A stretch of 64,000 bases of DNA from a virus. Taxonomy: Duplodnaviria; Caudoviricetes. The notes under the pieces were generated by a model. That model did not search any database and was not told where the DNA came from. It was given only the letters and a program-made list of their open reading frames with translations. Shown one piece after another: positions 39,701 to 46,283 of this stretch. The stretch is taken from the IMG/VR virus record IMGVR_UViG_3300037461_001438, positions 1 to 64,000 of that record; one strand, 5' to 3'. The position numbers were made by a program, and so were the translations under genes. Numbering within the stretch: the stretch's first letter is position 1; every line of letters starts with the position of its first letter.

Positions 39701-40289
39701 GTTGCGCGCCAAGGATCTGTGGCGAAACACGAACAACGGAACTCTTTATATTTACAGCGGGACTGAATGGCTCCCGGTGACAAACTCGGTTGAACTCGGT
39801 GACATCGCCTTCAATAACATCGTCAAAAAATACCATCTGGAATATGGCAATGTCGGCGGCCGGGTACTTGAATCGGTCACCGGGACATTCGTCCCCGGCT
39901 TTGTTTACATGGGCAACAAAACCGCCGCAACCGCCGTTACCACCAGCGCAACCGCTGTGGCCACAGCTGATGCGCTTACGGCATCCGGTGCCGATGACGA
40001 ATTCTTCCTTGTCGTTGCCGATGGCGTTGGCACGGCTGGAAGCGACAACTCCGGTACCTTGACCTGGGCCAACACCTCTATCAAGCTTGAAGCGAAAGAA
40101 GGCGCCGGCTCCTGGACCCAGATCGGCGATACCTACACAATAAAAGACTGCGGTTACGGGAAGTCGCTTTCGATTAGCCATCTCTATACACCAACCGCCG
40201 CTGGAGCGACTCAGTTTAGGGCCACAATAGAGGGGGCCTCGGGGCTCTTGCAGACGGTAAATATTCAGGTTGTTCATCATAAAGGTTGA
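33720..40289 (+). CDS. Tail tip/host-specificity protein (gpI+gpJ-like fusion) with Fn3 and receptor-binding modules
   Basis: N-terminal ubiquitin-like segment plus poly-G and TM-like stretch; PYGPVPKIYGKHRVFP; Fn3 repeats; IANQVIGSAYIMNAAIEDAHI. Confidence 0.88.
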   Translation: MEKVLVACRKNPFIPGHADVELAEGGTIAEILDQVGLMKTAEIHSGIFVFIDDRLIERDAWQTTKPTNGSTVSIGIAPGGGGGGGGGKNAMRTVAMIAVMVIAIAASYGAATVLAPGMGFAAGGLGASIIGGIAGAAVGIAGAMLVNALIPPPTPKNSSDSGPNYLSRMGNRMDPYGPVPKIYGKHRVFPRYASMPYTELVGSKENYLHCLFLIGKGKYDLSDFKIGDTALSSYQGVEMAIYNTDYTLDFPLFPNDVGEESLSILLEQNVQHVRTTTTDVEHISLEFTFPEGLYRISSSGGRRATTVEFTIEYSPKNQNNWKAMGGTRINVANNPTTLLAVGQTATSATGSGTIAKIHYSVIQQFVETIEIIESYGIGWCPESGGCYNVIRYEDVYQDVTVVSAIDVSVTSGSFSASQTVQVEYSPGNYVNLTSTSVYLNPSTVHDENGAPFRWGTSFDVPKGQYDIRVTRTSSHSESNHYYSTYWTVLRGVTKQVPVTLTGCTLVALRIKASNQLNGVLDQFNCMAEGFVEVWDGANWTLAKSRSPVWAFVDILCGTSNKRPISKSRIDLDAAIGWHHYCVEEGFNFDAIIDYKTTVWELLRQVCAVGRGSPGMTDNKFTIIGDMPKPMPVQHFSPRNSWGFSGSRVFPDIPHALRVRFPNEVKQYEEDECIIYDDGYNSGNATIYETIEFFGVTNYNHCWKLGRYHLATLRLRPETYQFNTDVEHMVCTRGDRVRLTHDVLLVGLGQGRIKSISTTSISIDDEVVMVTGKTYGFQFRRSDGTFKTCTLTTVNGTHPAGTALTISPAMNPADLPAVGDLAFWGESEHEAIEVVVSRIEPGPDLTAKLTCIPYNEAIYTADQGTIPIWDSNITLPPVVDRRPPKPKIVSSIYNYRPEQLNPDGTVALIMSVGFSMNATGFLISGYPETSAGFIAQYREDDAQWTELPHLSREQRKFEFPVKNGLVYDMRIRSFNYPNGLSDWDTLENVTVDFAAQPPSMIANLRCVGGGTSFTTTDLEVTWDTVINEYGGASILDYKVEVRSSDGNTLRRTEFVTQNYYMYDFDKNVTDGGPTPALQIRVWARNKFDVLSDTFASAVFTNPAPQNPSGLTSYSPMGGVEFGWNANTEADFSHFIYRFKIGDDPEEPWSGWKLAPATAFFKMFSEDEKALYGETPEFYFEIKAVDVFFQESGATASNQTAGSLNIDLTDIDDFAINASKIFMKIPVIQNLTLTDNSPSAGRISWSDCEIYYNGNKYEINAGSTPENPESPALPYRYIYWKDLATGTSFATGFLVSQEHPADIESDWKSGEDFIIAVNVNGVAQEAWNAIANQVIGSAYIMNAAIEDAHIKELNGSKIIASSSIAIGSRTFGAGGMQIEYDGDHGAQFHIGNGLTGDDARYMKYIGGDVLLKGTFILEEGSMGFVHLSDAPKFFNQGIMPTSTPGDQTINFALLGPTHDGYGYDPQGGPIFEHPTSGTFSTYFTKNGSADFRTYTYFTSGSNYLVWNNEPSFNCGMDSSSDYGAATCVPVITRSGPVNIDFTYPYNNYADEDAITNPLDSSYGKTCVALTKSSPSYNGTNPPEYGVGSNSGLYLVLGLNSSDLGGNASGKLRVIQRVNGTNTTVASVNHTYTNRRIYTGSSNPWRYIWTNSVDNPTYASSTTENSIIRFQDGAKKIIKLRMWRQGSNQVPSAVEIQGSNTGSFTGEQTTIYTNSSLGTWSYPAWKDLTFENLNSYEYYKIILTFPSVNWTSMTSMQIMDASNINLGTPKFSRFSWSIDFDDHTFSVYEDGATVISNQSFSSSIDSYLTSNVQFSFYNFQTYKGMKCFQNVKIWANEFNPDPNSITIGKISSNAARAWLRFENVNIPKNATINSAKLVFNSKSQLSGTVNVRIQIENAENPLVPVYYSDLVGRSLGTASDKSITSQWNAEQSYEITGLEAIFEEHFGRSYWQEGNTIQIHILDNGSSSSVNRMIYSYEANINKKAYLVINVDTQEYTLRAKDLWRNTNNGTLYIYSGTEWLPVTNSVELGDIAFNNIVKKYHLEYGNVGGRVLESVTGTFVPGFVYMGNKTAATAVTTSATAVATADALTASGADDEFFLVVADGVGTAGSDNSGTLTWANTSIKLEAKEGAGSWTQIGDTYTIKDCGYGKSLSISHLYTPTAAGATQFRATIEGASGLLQTVNIQVVHHKG

Positions 40290-40314
40290 CGTTCAATCTC
40301 TCATTTAGTAAGAT
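40286..40314 (+). promoter_or_regulatory. Promoter/operator upstream of the lysis region
   Basis: TTGACG-17 nt-TAAGAT containing TCTCTC-ATTTA-GTAAGA. Confidence 0.55.
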
Positions 40315-40353
40315 TGTCTAAACGGGGGAATACGCTTCCAGGAGCCTATAACA

Positions 40354-40773
40354 ATGGACAATTCCAGTGCCGTGATATCCACATTGTGGCCGTATATCAT
40401 GACGGTTCTTGGCGGTATCCTGTCGATCATGGTCGCTGTTTTAATTAAGAAAATCGGCAACATAGACACTCTTACCGAAAAATTAAACAACCACCTTATC
40501 TCATTTGAAAAAACTCTTGCAGGCCTTGTCACCGACAATGACTGCCGGGCGGCCCGCGAAGCCTGCGTAAAGCTGAATAAAGCCCTTATCCAGGCCCCTC
40601 TCGAAAAAGCCATTTCAGAACACGAAGAAGAATCTGCCGAAAGAATCGATGGCATCGAAAAAGATGTCGAAGAGCTCTGGTTTGCCGTTCGTCACCACAT
40701 ACATTCCAAGGAGGGAGTAATCGTTGAAGATACCCCGAAACGCTATTCCCCTCCCGGCATGAGGACGTCATGA
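40354..40773 (+). CDS. Membrane protein (one TM plus coiled coil), lysis region
   Basis: Hydrophobic residues ~9-31, then helical. Confidence 0.6.
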   Translation: MDNSSAVISTLWPYIMTVLGGILSIMVAVLIKKIGNIDTLTEKLNNHLISFEKTLAGLVTDNDCRAAREACVKLNKALIQAPLEKAISEHEEESAERIDGIEKDVEELWFAVRHHIHSKEGVIVEDTPKRYSPPGMRTS

Positions 40774-41096
40774 AAAATCTTGCCCCTGGAATCAAGTCAA
40801 GCGAATTCATCGGCCTTGCCGCCTATCTCGTCTACATGATCCTCTCTGGCACCGGGCTGATCGAACCTGGTGGTCACGCCGACATCGTGAAAGGCTTCGA
40901 GAAAGCCCCCGATGCAATCGCCGCCGTAATCCAGCTTGTTCAAAACTTCGGCGAGCAAACCCTTGTGGGTGGACTCCTCTGGGCCTACATCAAACGCAGG
41001 TCGGCCCTCAAGAACAACCAGATAAAAGTAGATGTCATTCAGGCTCAGGCACAGCTTGAAAAATACCGTGCGCTCTATGTCCAGCAGCCTAAATGA
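40770..41096 (+). CDS. Possible holin
   Basis: GIKSSEF start, two hydrophobic segments, basic C-terminus. Confidence 0.45.
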   Translation: MKNLAPGIKSSEFIGLAAYLVYMILSGTGLIEPGGHADIVKGFEKAPDAIAAVIQLVQNFGEQTLVGGLLWAYIKRRSALKNNQIKVDVIQAQAQLEKYRALYVQQPK

Positions 41097-41282
41097 AAAA
41101 AAGATTTTTTGCACGCGTGTCATTCTCACCATTTGTGAGGCATACCCGCAGCGGACCCAGCACGAGTGCGCGCTTTATGAGCCCAACCTGAGAAGGACAC
41201 ATTGCCGCTTCTTTTTAAGAGAAGGGCCGGGGTTATGTTCACACCCGTCAATCCCTCAACTCTTCAATCTGAAGGCGCCGAT

Positions 41283-41807
41283 ATGATCTACCTCGATATC
41301 AAAGACGTTGAATCGATCAAGGAAGAAGACCTGCCGCTGCTTGTTTTGAGTTCCGATGCCAAAAGCTTCCTCGCCTGGGCGATCAGGCGGCGCACCAACT
41401 CCCATTACAGCCACCTCATGTGGCTCCACAGGCCCGGCTATTTCGCCTCGCAGGATCTCTGGTATCGCGAAGTGCCGATCATGAAATATGACGGTGTCCG
41501 ACTGAAGCTGTGGCGCGGCAAGAACTGGACGGCAACCGACAAGCTGAACATCACCGCCCGCATCAACCAGGAACTCGCCAAACCGGCGCTCGACACCCGC
41601 TACGACATGCTGGCCATCGTCGGACAGCTCTTCGGCCTTGTCAGCATCCAGGTGCCCTGGACAAAAATCTGCTCCGACTGGGCCGAGCTGCTCAAGATCG
41701 CCGACCCGTTCTACAACCTCAAGTGCCCCGATCCCGGCGACGTCAACCAATGGCTGAATGAAAGACAGGATCAGTATGAATGTTTTGCGCGCTATATTCC
41801 TGATTAG
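41283..41807 (+). CDS. Permuted papain-like amidase (YiiX/YebB-like)
   Basis: SHYSHLMW (His), RYDMLAI, ICSDW (Cys), P.DV. Confidence 0.7.
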   Translation: MIYLDIKDVESIKEEDLPLLVLSSDAKSFLAWAIRRRTNSHYSHLMWLHRPGYFASQDLWYREVPIMKYDGVRLKLWRGKNWTATDKLNITARINQELAKPALDTRYDMLAIVGQLFGLVSIQVPWTKICSDWAELLKIADPFYNLKCPDPGDVNQWLNERQDQYECFARYIPD

Positions 41808-41982
41808 CCTTCTTTGCGGCTGCTCAGTCGTCCAGACACCGCGGGAATACAATCTCTATTTGCACAACTGACAAGACGTTACCGTGCGCTTGGAGGTCCA
41901 GGCGGAACACAAAGACCAGATAAAGCAAGATACGTCTCCGACAACCGATGCGAACATCCCGCTGTCGATCGTGCCAAAATAA
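41776..41982 (+). CDS. Lipoprotein with in-frame UGA (candidate selenoprotein)
   Basis: AGGA RBS; MNVLRAIFLISLLCGC lipobox-like; ...YNLYLHN(UGA 41869-71)QDVTVRLEVQAEHKDQIKQDTSPTTDANIPLSIVPK, then TAA 11 nt before the endolysin ATG. Confidence 0.65.
41887..41904 (+). promoter_or_regulatory. Bacterial SECIS-like hairpin
   Basis: CGCUUGG-AGGU-CCAGGCG; the stem starts 15 nt after the UGA. Confidence 0.55.
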
Positions 41983-41993
41983 AGGGGGAAAGG

Positions 41994-42566
41994 ATGGCGA
42001 ACTTTGAACGAGCTTTTGCAAAAACATCCGCAATTGAAGGAGGCTATAGCGACAACCCTTCAGATCGTGGAGGGGAAACTTATCGCGGTATATCACGTCG
42101 ACGATGGCCCCTCTGGCCAGGATGGGAACGAATCGACCAAATCAAAAAAGAGCCGGGGTTCCCGCAGACGGCCCAGTACCTTCAGCTGGAAGAAGACGTA
42201 AGGAAGCTCTACAAAATGCACTTTTGGGACATGCTCCATGGCGACATGAACCCGGCGCAATCGGTTGCCGAAGTACTGTTTGATTTCGGCGTCAATGCCG
42301 GTGTGGCCACGGCCGTCCGGTACTTGCAGGAGTGCCTGAACGTCATGAACCGCATGGGCACCCGTTGGCCCGACATCAAAGTCGACGGCAAGATGGGGCC
42401 CGCTACAATGCAGGCCATCGCCGCCTGCTGCCTGCAAAAATACAAATATGAAGACGTCCTGATCAAGATGTTCAAAGGCCGAATGCTGAACCATTACTAT
42501 GCCATCATGGTCAACGATCAAAGCCAGGAGGAGTTTGCAATCGGATGGATTCGAAGAGCGTCGTAA
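41994..42566 (+). CDS. Endolysin, glycoside hydrolase family 108 with PG-binding domain
   Basis: EGGYSDNPSDRGGETYRGI, FDFGVNAG, VDGKMGP.T, F..GW..R. Confidence 0.92.
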   Translation: MANFERAFAKTSAIEGGYSDNPSDRGGETYRGISRRRWPLWPGWERIDQIKKEPGFPQTAQYLQLEEDVRKLYKMHFWDMLHGDMNPAQSVAEVLFDFGVNAGVATAVRYLQECLNVMNRMGTRWPDIKVDGKMGPATMQAIAACCLQKYKYEDVLIKMFKGRMLNHYYAIMVNDQSQEEFAIGWIRRAS

Positions 42567-42748
42567 CATGCCCAAGATGCAAGTCGCCCCTTGAGAGAAT
42601 GATGAACTCGAGGGACAAGTACAACTGCAAGAAATGCAGCGATGAGTCCGGGAAGTACATCATTTGGACAAATCAATTTCTTGAAGGCTTTAAAATGGGA
42701 GTGGAGCAAACCCGTGGCGATCTACTCGGTGTTCAGCGACCTTGCTGA
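42545..42748 (+). CDS. Small zinc-ribbon protein
   Basis: CPRC...CKKC. Confidence 0.5.
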   Translation: MDSKSVVTCPRCKSPLERMMNSRDKYNCKKCSDESGKYIIWTNQFLEGFKMGVEQTRGDLLGVQRPC

Positions 42749-43145
42749 AAGCAAAAGTATCATCTACCCGTACATGCTGATCTATGACTCGCTGCACCCC
42801 GAGCTGCAGCGGCTCATCGACGCCGTCTCGCAACACTTCGACATTGTCCTTATCGAAGGCCACCGCAGCGAGGAACGCCAAAACTCCATGCGCAAGGCCC
42901 GCAGGGCGAGGAGGCTTTTCCCGAAGAGCAAGCACAACCGGATGCCGTCCGAGGCCGTCGACCTGATGCCTTATCCGCTGAACTACAGAAACATCGCCCA
43001 GGTCGCCTTCCTTGCAGGGCACATAAGAATGACAGCTATCGCCCTCGGAATAAAAATCAAGTGGGACGCCGACCCGTACAACCAGAACTTGATCAGCGAA
43101 AAAATAAAACCATACCGCAGGATCCACCACTACGAGCTTGTATGA
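42714..43145 (+). CDS. M15-family peptidase (L-Ala-D-Glu endopeptidase-like)
   Basis: LHPELQ, EGHRSEERQ, SKHN....AVDL.PYP, HYEL. Confidence 0.75.
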   Translation: MAIYSVFSDLAESKSIIYPYMLIYDSLHPELQRLIDAVSQHFDIVLIEGHRSEERQNSMRKARRARRLFPKSKHNRMPSEAVDLMPYPLNYRNIAQVAFLAGHIRMTAIALGIKIKWDADPYNQNLISEKIKPYRRIHHYELV

Positions 43146-43741
43146 ACATCGAAAACTTCATCGAAGAGTTCGACCAGGTGTTCCCGGAGTACGAGCGCTT
43201 TACCCCGTCGGTCGAAGGGTACCTTGACCCGGTGCCCGAGATTGCCGGCGTCTGCGCGCCGAAGCTCCTGTGGCTGCTGAACCTCGCCTATTCGTTCCTT
43301 GCGCCAAACGAGGCCTATCTCGAGATCGGCGCCCACCACGGCAAAGGGCTCATCTCGGCGATCCGGTACAACGACGAGCGGCCGATCTATGTATGCGACG
43401 ATTTCTCCTGCAAACCGGAGGCGTGTGTGGAGTTTTCGAAAAACATGCGCAGGGCGCGGCTGACAGACCGGATCGTCTATTTCAATTCGGACCCGCTCAA
43501 CATTCTCAACAAACGCTCGATCCCGCACAAGGTCGGGGCCTGTTTCGTGAACGACACCATTCACCCGCTCTCTGCCATCGAGCCGGTGCTTGCCAAGGAA
43601 TCGCTTGTCATCGTCGGCAAGGACGATATCCCAAGGCCGGCCGCCGGCTGGGAACTCCTCTACAATCTGCCATCCATGCGGCCACACGACCCGCTTACCT
43701 GGTGGGACGGGGCCAGCGTTTTTTCATTCAAACAGCCATAG
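43142..43741 (+). CDS. Class I SAM-dependent methyltransferase-like protein
   Basis: YLEIGAHHGKGL, VCDDFS; the second motif is degenerate. Confidence 0.6.
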   Translation: MNIENFIEEFDQVFPEYERFTPSVEGYLDPVPEIAGVCAPKLLWLLNLAYSFLAPNEAYLEIGAHHGKGLISAIRYNDERPIYVCDDFSCKPEACVEFSKNMRRARLTDRIVYFNSDPLNILNKRSIPHKVGACFVNDTIHPLSAIEPVLAKESLVIVGKDDIPRPAAGWELLYNLPSMRPHDPLTWWDGASVFSFKQP

Positions 43742-43749
43742 GAGGACAA

Positions 43750-44229
43750 ATGAAGGAAAAACTTATCATCATCGTCGTTGCGATCTTTATTCTTTTTGGG
43801 TGCGCCGGACTCGAGCCGTCGAAGTCGGTCTGCAACGAGGCGCGGCCGGCGCAATTCGTCGGCATGGAAAGTCATATCTGCGCCACCGCGGCCATGGCCG
43901 GAATGGTACCCGAAGACATCGACGGTCTTCTTCTCGATGCGACGGCAATGGCCTTCGTGACTGATGCTGTCAAAATCAAGGACATCGAGGTCTTCCTCAA
44001 CAAGGCGCGCAAGTTCCTGAAGCCGGATCAGCAATGCGCCGGGGTAAGCTTCAATGCCTTTATCGATTTTATCGACCTTGAGGCCGAGAAGGCCATCGTT
44101 CTCAAAAGCGTGATCAACCGCCGGGTCTACGCCTTCCGGTCGCTTAAGACGATCAACGCGTTTGATTGCTGGATGCTCGAGCAAAGCATGCTGCACCAGG
44201 CCGAGCAGTTTGGTTTGAAGGTGATGTGA
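43750..44229 (+). CDS. Lipoprotein
   Basis: GGAGG RBS; MKEKLIIIVVAIFILFGC lipobox. Confidence 0.7.
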   Translation: MKEKLIIIVVAIFILFGCAGLEPSKSVCNEARPAQFVGMESHICATAAMAGMVPEDIDGLLLDATAMAFVTDAVKIKDIEVFLNKARKFLKPDQQCAGVSFNAFIDFIDLEAEKAIVLKSVINRRVYAFRSLKTINAFDCWMLEQSMLHQAEQFGLKVM

Positions 44230-44417
44230 TGCCGCTCTATCAATATCGCTGCCAGGAGTGCCAACAAATATCCGAGGTGATCGCGCCGATGGAGAAGTCG
44301 AACGCCTCGGTGCAGTGCCCCTACTGCAAGGCGATCGCCACCCGGATCATTTCGCCCACTCCGACGGTCAGCCGGCTCAATGTCCGGATCGGGAAAAAAC
44401 GGCGCCGAATCGCTTAA
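44229..44417 (+). CDS. FmdB-family zinc-ribbon protein
   Basis: MPLYQYRCQEC...CPYC. Confidence 0.85.
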   Translation: MPLYQYRCQECQQISEVIAPMEKSNASVQCPYCKAIATRIISPTPTVSRLNVRIGKKRRRIA

Positions 44418-44476
44418 ACCGCCGCCAGCACCCGCCGCCACCCATGACCATTGAAATTGTAACTATTTGATTTTAT

Positions 44477-44526
44477 TGGTCGGGGCGGTCAGATTTGAAC
44501 TGACGGCCCCCTGCTCCCAAAGCAGG
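44477..44526 (-). other. attP core: 3' half of tRNA-Pro(TGG)
   Basis: CCTGC-TTTGGGA-GCAGG anticodon arm, GTCAG-TTCAAAT-CTGAC T arm, CGCCCCG-A-CCA; no D arm or 5' half; 19 nt from the integrase stop. Confidence 0.9.
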
Positions 44527-44545
44527 GGGCCCGTCCTTGGAAGCC

Positions 44546-45646
44546 TTATTTCCCAAGCTTTTCAGGCTTCCTCTTTCCGCCTGGACCCGCCGCCAAGGGC
44601 TTTTTTGGCCCAAATCCGCCGCCAGCAGCCGCCGCCAGATCGAAAACCCCCTCGAGAGCCTGGGAGGCTGCCGCAGCACCCCCTGTAAGGCCCCTCAGAT
44701 AGATCTCCGTCGTCCCCAGGCTCTTGTGGCCCAGCATGTCGCCGATCGACTTCCTGTCGACCTGGCAGGGGCCGGCAAGTGTGGATGCCACACAGTGCCG
44801 CAAGGCGTGGAAGGTGAAAGTCCGCGCAAGGCCGGCTTTCCTGCAAAGACTCTTGATCATCTTGAAGCGCCGGTTGTACTTGCGCCCGGTCTTTGGGTTC
44901 GGGAAGACGAGCTCACTGTCACACCCGCGGTGCGCATGGCACCACTTGAGCACCCGCTCGAGGCCGCCTGTGATCTTCGTTGTGATCGGGGCGAGGCTTC
45001 CGCCCTTTCTCTTCCTGGTGTAGCGGGTCACCGTCATCTGCACGAAATCGACATCCTGCCAGGTGAGCCGCTGGATCTCGTCGACGCGGGCGCCCGTATA
45101 AAGCACCGCCAAAAGAAAGGCCCGCTGCCGCTCGCTTGCCACCTGCAGAAGCTTCAGGACATCCTCGATCGTTGGCACATACTTCTGCGCTGGCGCGTGT
45201 GGGAGTCTCGCCACCTGTGAAACCGGGTTCTCCTCTATCAATTTCAAATTATTCTTTATGTAAGAAAATACAGACGATAGGTCTTTGCGGTGGGCATTGA
45301 AGTTGTTGTTGGTTGGCCGGCCGAGCAGGTAGATCGTGATCTCGTGCGCCGTGTACTGATTGCACGGGCGGTTGCCGAGAACCCGGAGGAACTCTTTTAC
45401 GACGAAAACTTTCTGTTTGTAAGTCTTGGCGACGAAGCGGGCGCGGGCTTCGTTCAGGTAGGCGGCGGCCGCGTACCTAAATTCCGTGGACGGACGGATC
45501 AACTGCCGGGAGAGCTTCTTTTTGTGCTCCTCCCTTGCGGCGAGCGCGGCCGCCTTGGTCCTGAACCCCCGCCCCGTGTAGGCCCGGCTGCCGCGCTCGA
45601 ACTTGTAGCACCAATGCTTGCGCTGCTTGTCCTTCCACAAGCCCAT
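44546..45646 (-). CDS. int: Tyrosine integrase
   Basis: YTGARVDEI (R), KRK, FHALRH (HxxR), LGHKS..TT.IY (H, Y). Confidence 0.95.
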   Translation of the reverse strand: MGLWKDKQRKHWCYKFERGSRAYTGRGFRTKAAALAAREEHKKKLSRQLIRPSTEFRYAAAAYLNEARARFVAKTYKQKVFVVKEFLRVLGNRPCNQYTAHEITIYLLGRPTNNNFNAHRKDLSSVFSYIKNNLKLIEENPVSQVARLPHAPAQKYVPTIEDVLKLLQVASERQRAFLLAVLYTGARVDEIQRLTWQDVDFVQMTVTRYTRKRKGGSLAPITTKITGGLERVLKWCHAHRGCDSELVFPNPKTGRKYNRRFKMIKSLCRKAGLARTFTFHALRHCVASTLAGPCQVDRKSIGDMLGHKSLGTTEIYLRGLTGGAAAASQALEGVFDLAAAAGGGFGPKKPLAAGPGGKRKPEKLGK

Positions 45647-45785
45647 CGATCGTATCGCTCCTGAAGCGTAGCACCTTGATCCCCGCCGGGTAAAACCCGC
45701 CCAGTCGGCGCTGGTGCTCATATACCGAACTTAACGATATTTTTAAGAGGGATGCAACCTCGGCTGGCGTCAGAAGCTCTTTCAT
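45477..45785 (-). CDS. xis: Excisionase-like HTH protein overlapping int
   Basis: MKELLTPAEVASLLKIS.SSVY; overlaps the int 5' end. Confidence 0.75.
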   Translation of the reverse strand: MKELLTPAEVASLLKISLSSVYEHQRRLGGFYPAGIKVLRFRSDTIDGLVEGQAAQALVLQVRARQPGLHGAGVQDQGGRARRKGGAQKEALPAVDPSVHGI

Positions 45786-45810
45786 ATTGCTAATCGTGAG
45801 ATTTGTTGCC

Positions 45811-45846
45811 AAAAGAAAACCCCGGGAAGTGGGAGGCTTCCCGGGG
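45811..45846 (-). terminator. Intrinsic terminator upstream of xis
   Basis: 10-bp stem CCCCGGGAAG/CTTCCCGGGG followed by UUUUCUUUU. Confidence 0.9.
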
Positions 45847-46022
45847 CTACTCCTGTCCGTATGTCACGTTCACTGAACAGCCATATGTCTGCCTGCGCGT
45901 ATCCGGTAACCTTCTGTGGCCGCAGCCGACAGTGCCTATCCCGAATTCGCGCTTGGTGTGCCGGGACCGTACTGGCGTCATGGCCCCCGAAGGAGTGATA
46001 GGCATGCTGGCGAATTGTTTAT
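45811..46022 (-). ncRNA. Candidate ~210-nt structured RNA or leader
   Basis: Bounded by a consensus promoter and a terminator; complementary segments; UUCG hairpin. Confidence 0.45.
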
Positions 46023-46183
46023 ACATGCAGCATACCACAATTCGGCATGAATGTCAACATCTGGCCATCAAACTCATATTCTTCAATGATCTCGCGTACT
46101 TGATCAATTTTTTCGTAGTCTTTCGACTTTACCGCTTCGATGAACTTTTTAACGAGGTCCAAATCGATAAAATCCGTGTCCAT
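46019..46183 (-). CDS. 54-aa acidic protein (not in the ORF track)
   Basis: MDTDFIDLDLVKKFIEAVKSKDYEKIDQVREIIEEYEFDGQMLTFMPNCGMLHV. Confidence 0.45.
   Translation of the reverse strand: MDTDFIDLDLVKKFIEAVKSKDYEKIDQVREIIEEYEFDGQMLTFMPNCGMLHV
46029..46057 (-). promoter_or_regulatory. Sigma70-type promoter
   Basis: TTGACA-17 nt-TATGCT with extended -10 TG. Confidence 0.8.
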
Positions 46184-46283
46184 TTGAGGCCTTCCGCCGG
46201 GATGAGGTGGTTGTTAGATAACGCAAACTTCTGGCAACAGTTTCATACCTCACCTCCTTTCATCGTGATCGCGGTATTATCGA

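Noticed and set aside
11412-40289. Diversity-generating retroelement acting on the virion/tail genes
   Set aside because: No reverse transcriptase motif was found in the window. The only long repeat pair (33 bp) is exact rather than adenine-mismatched.
44477-44526. Functional tRNA-Pro gene
   Set aside because: The 5' acceptor strand and D arm are missing; this is an att core.
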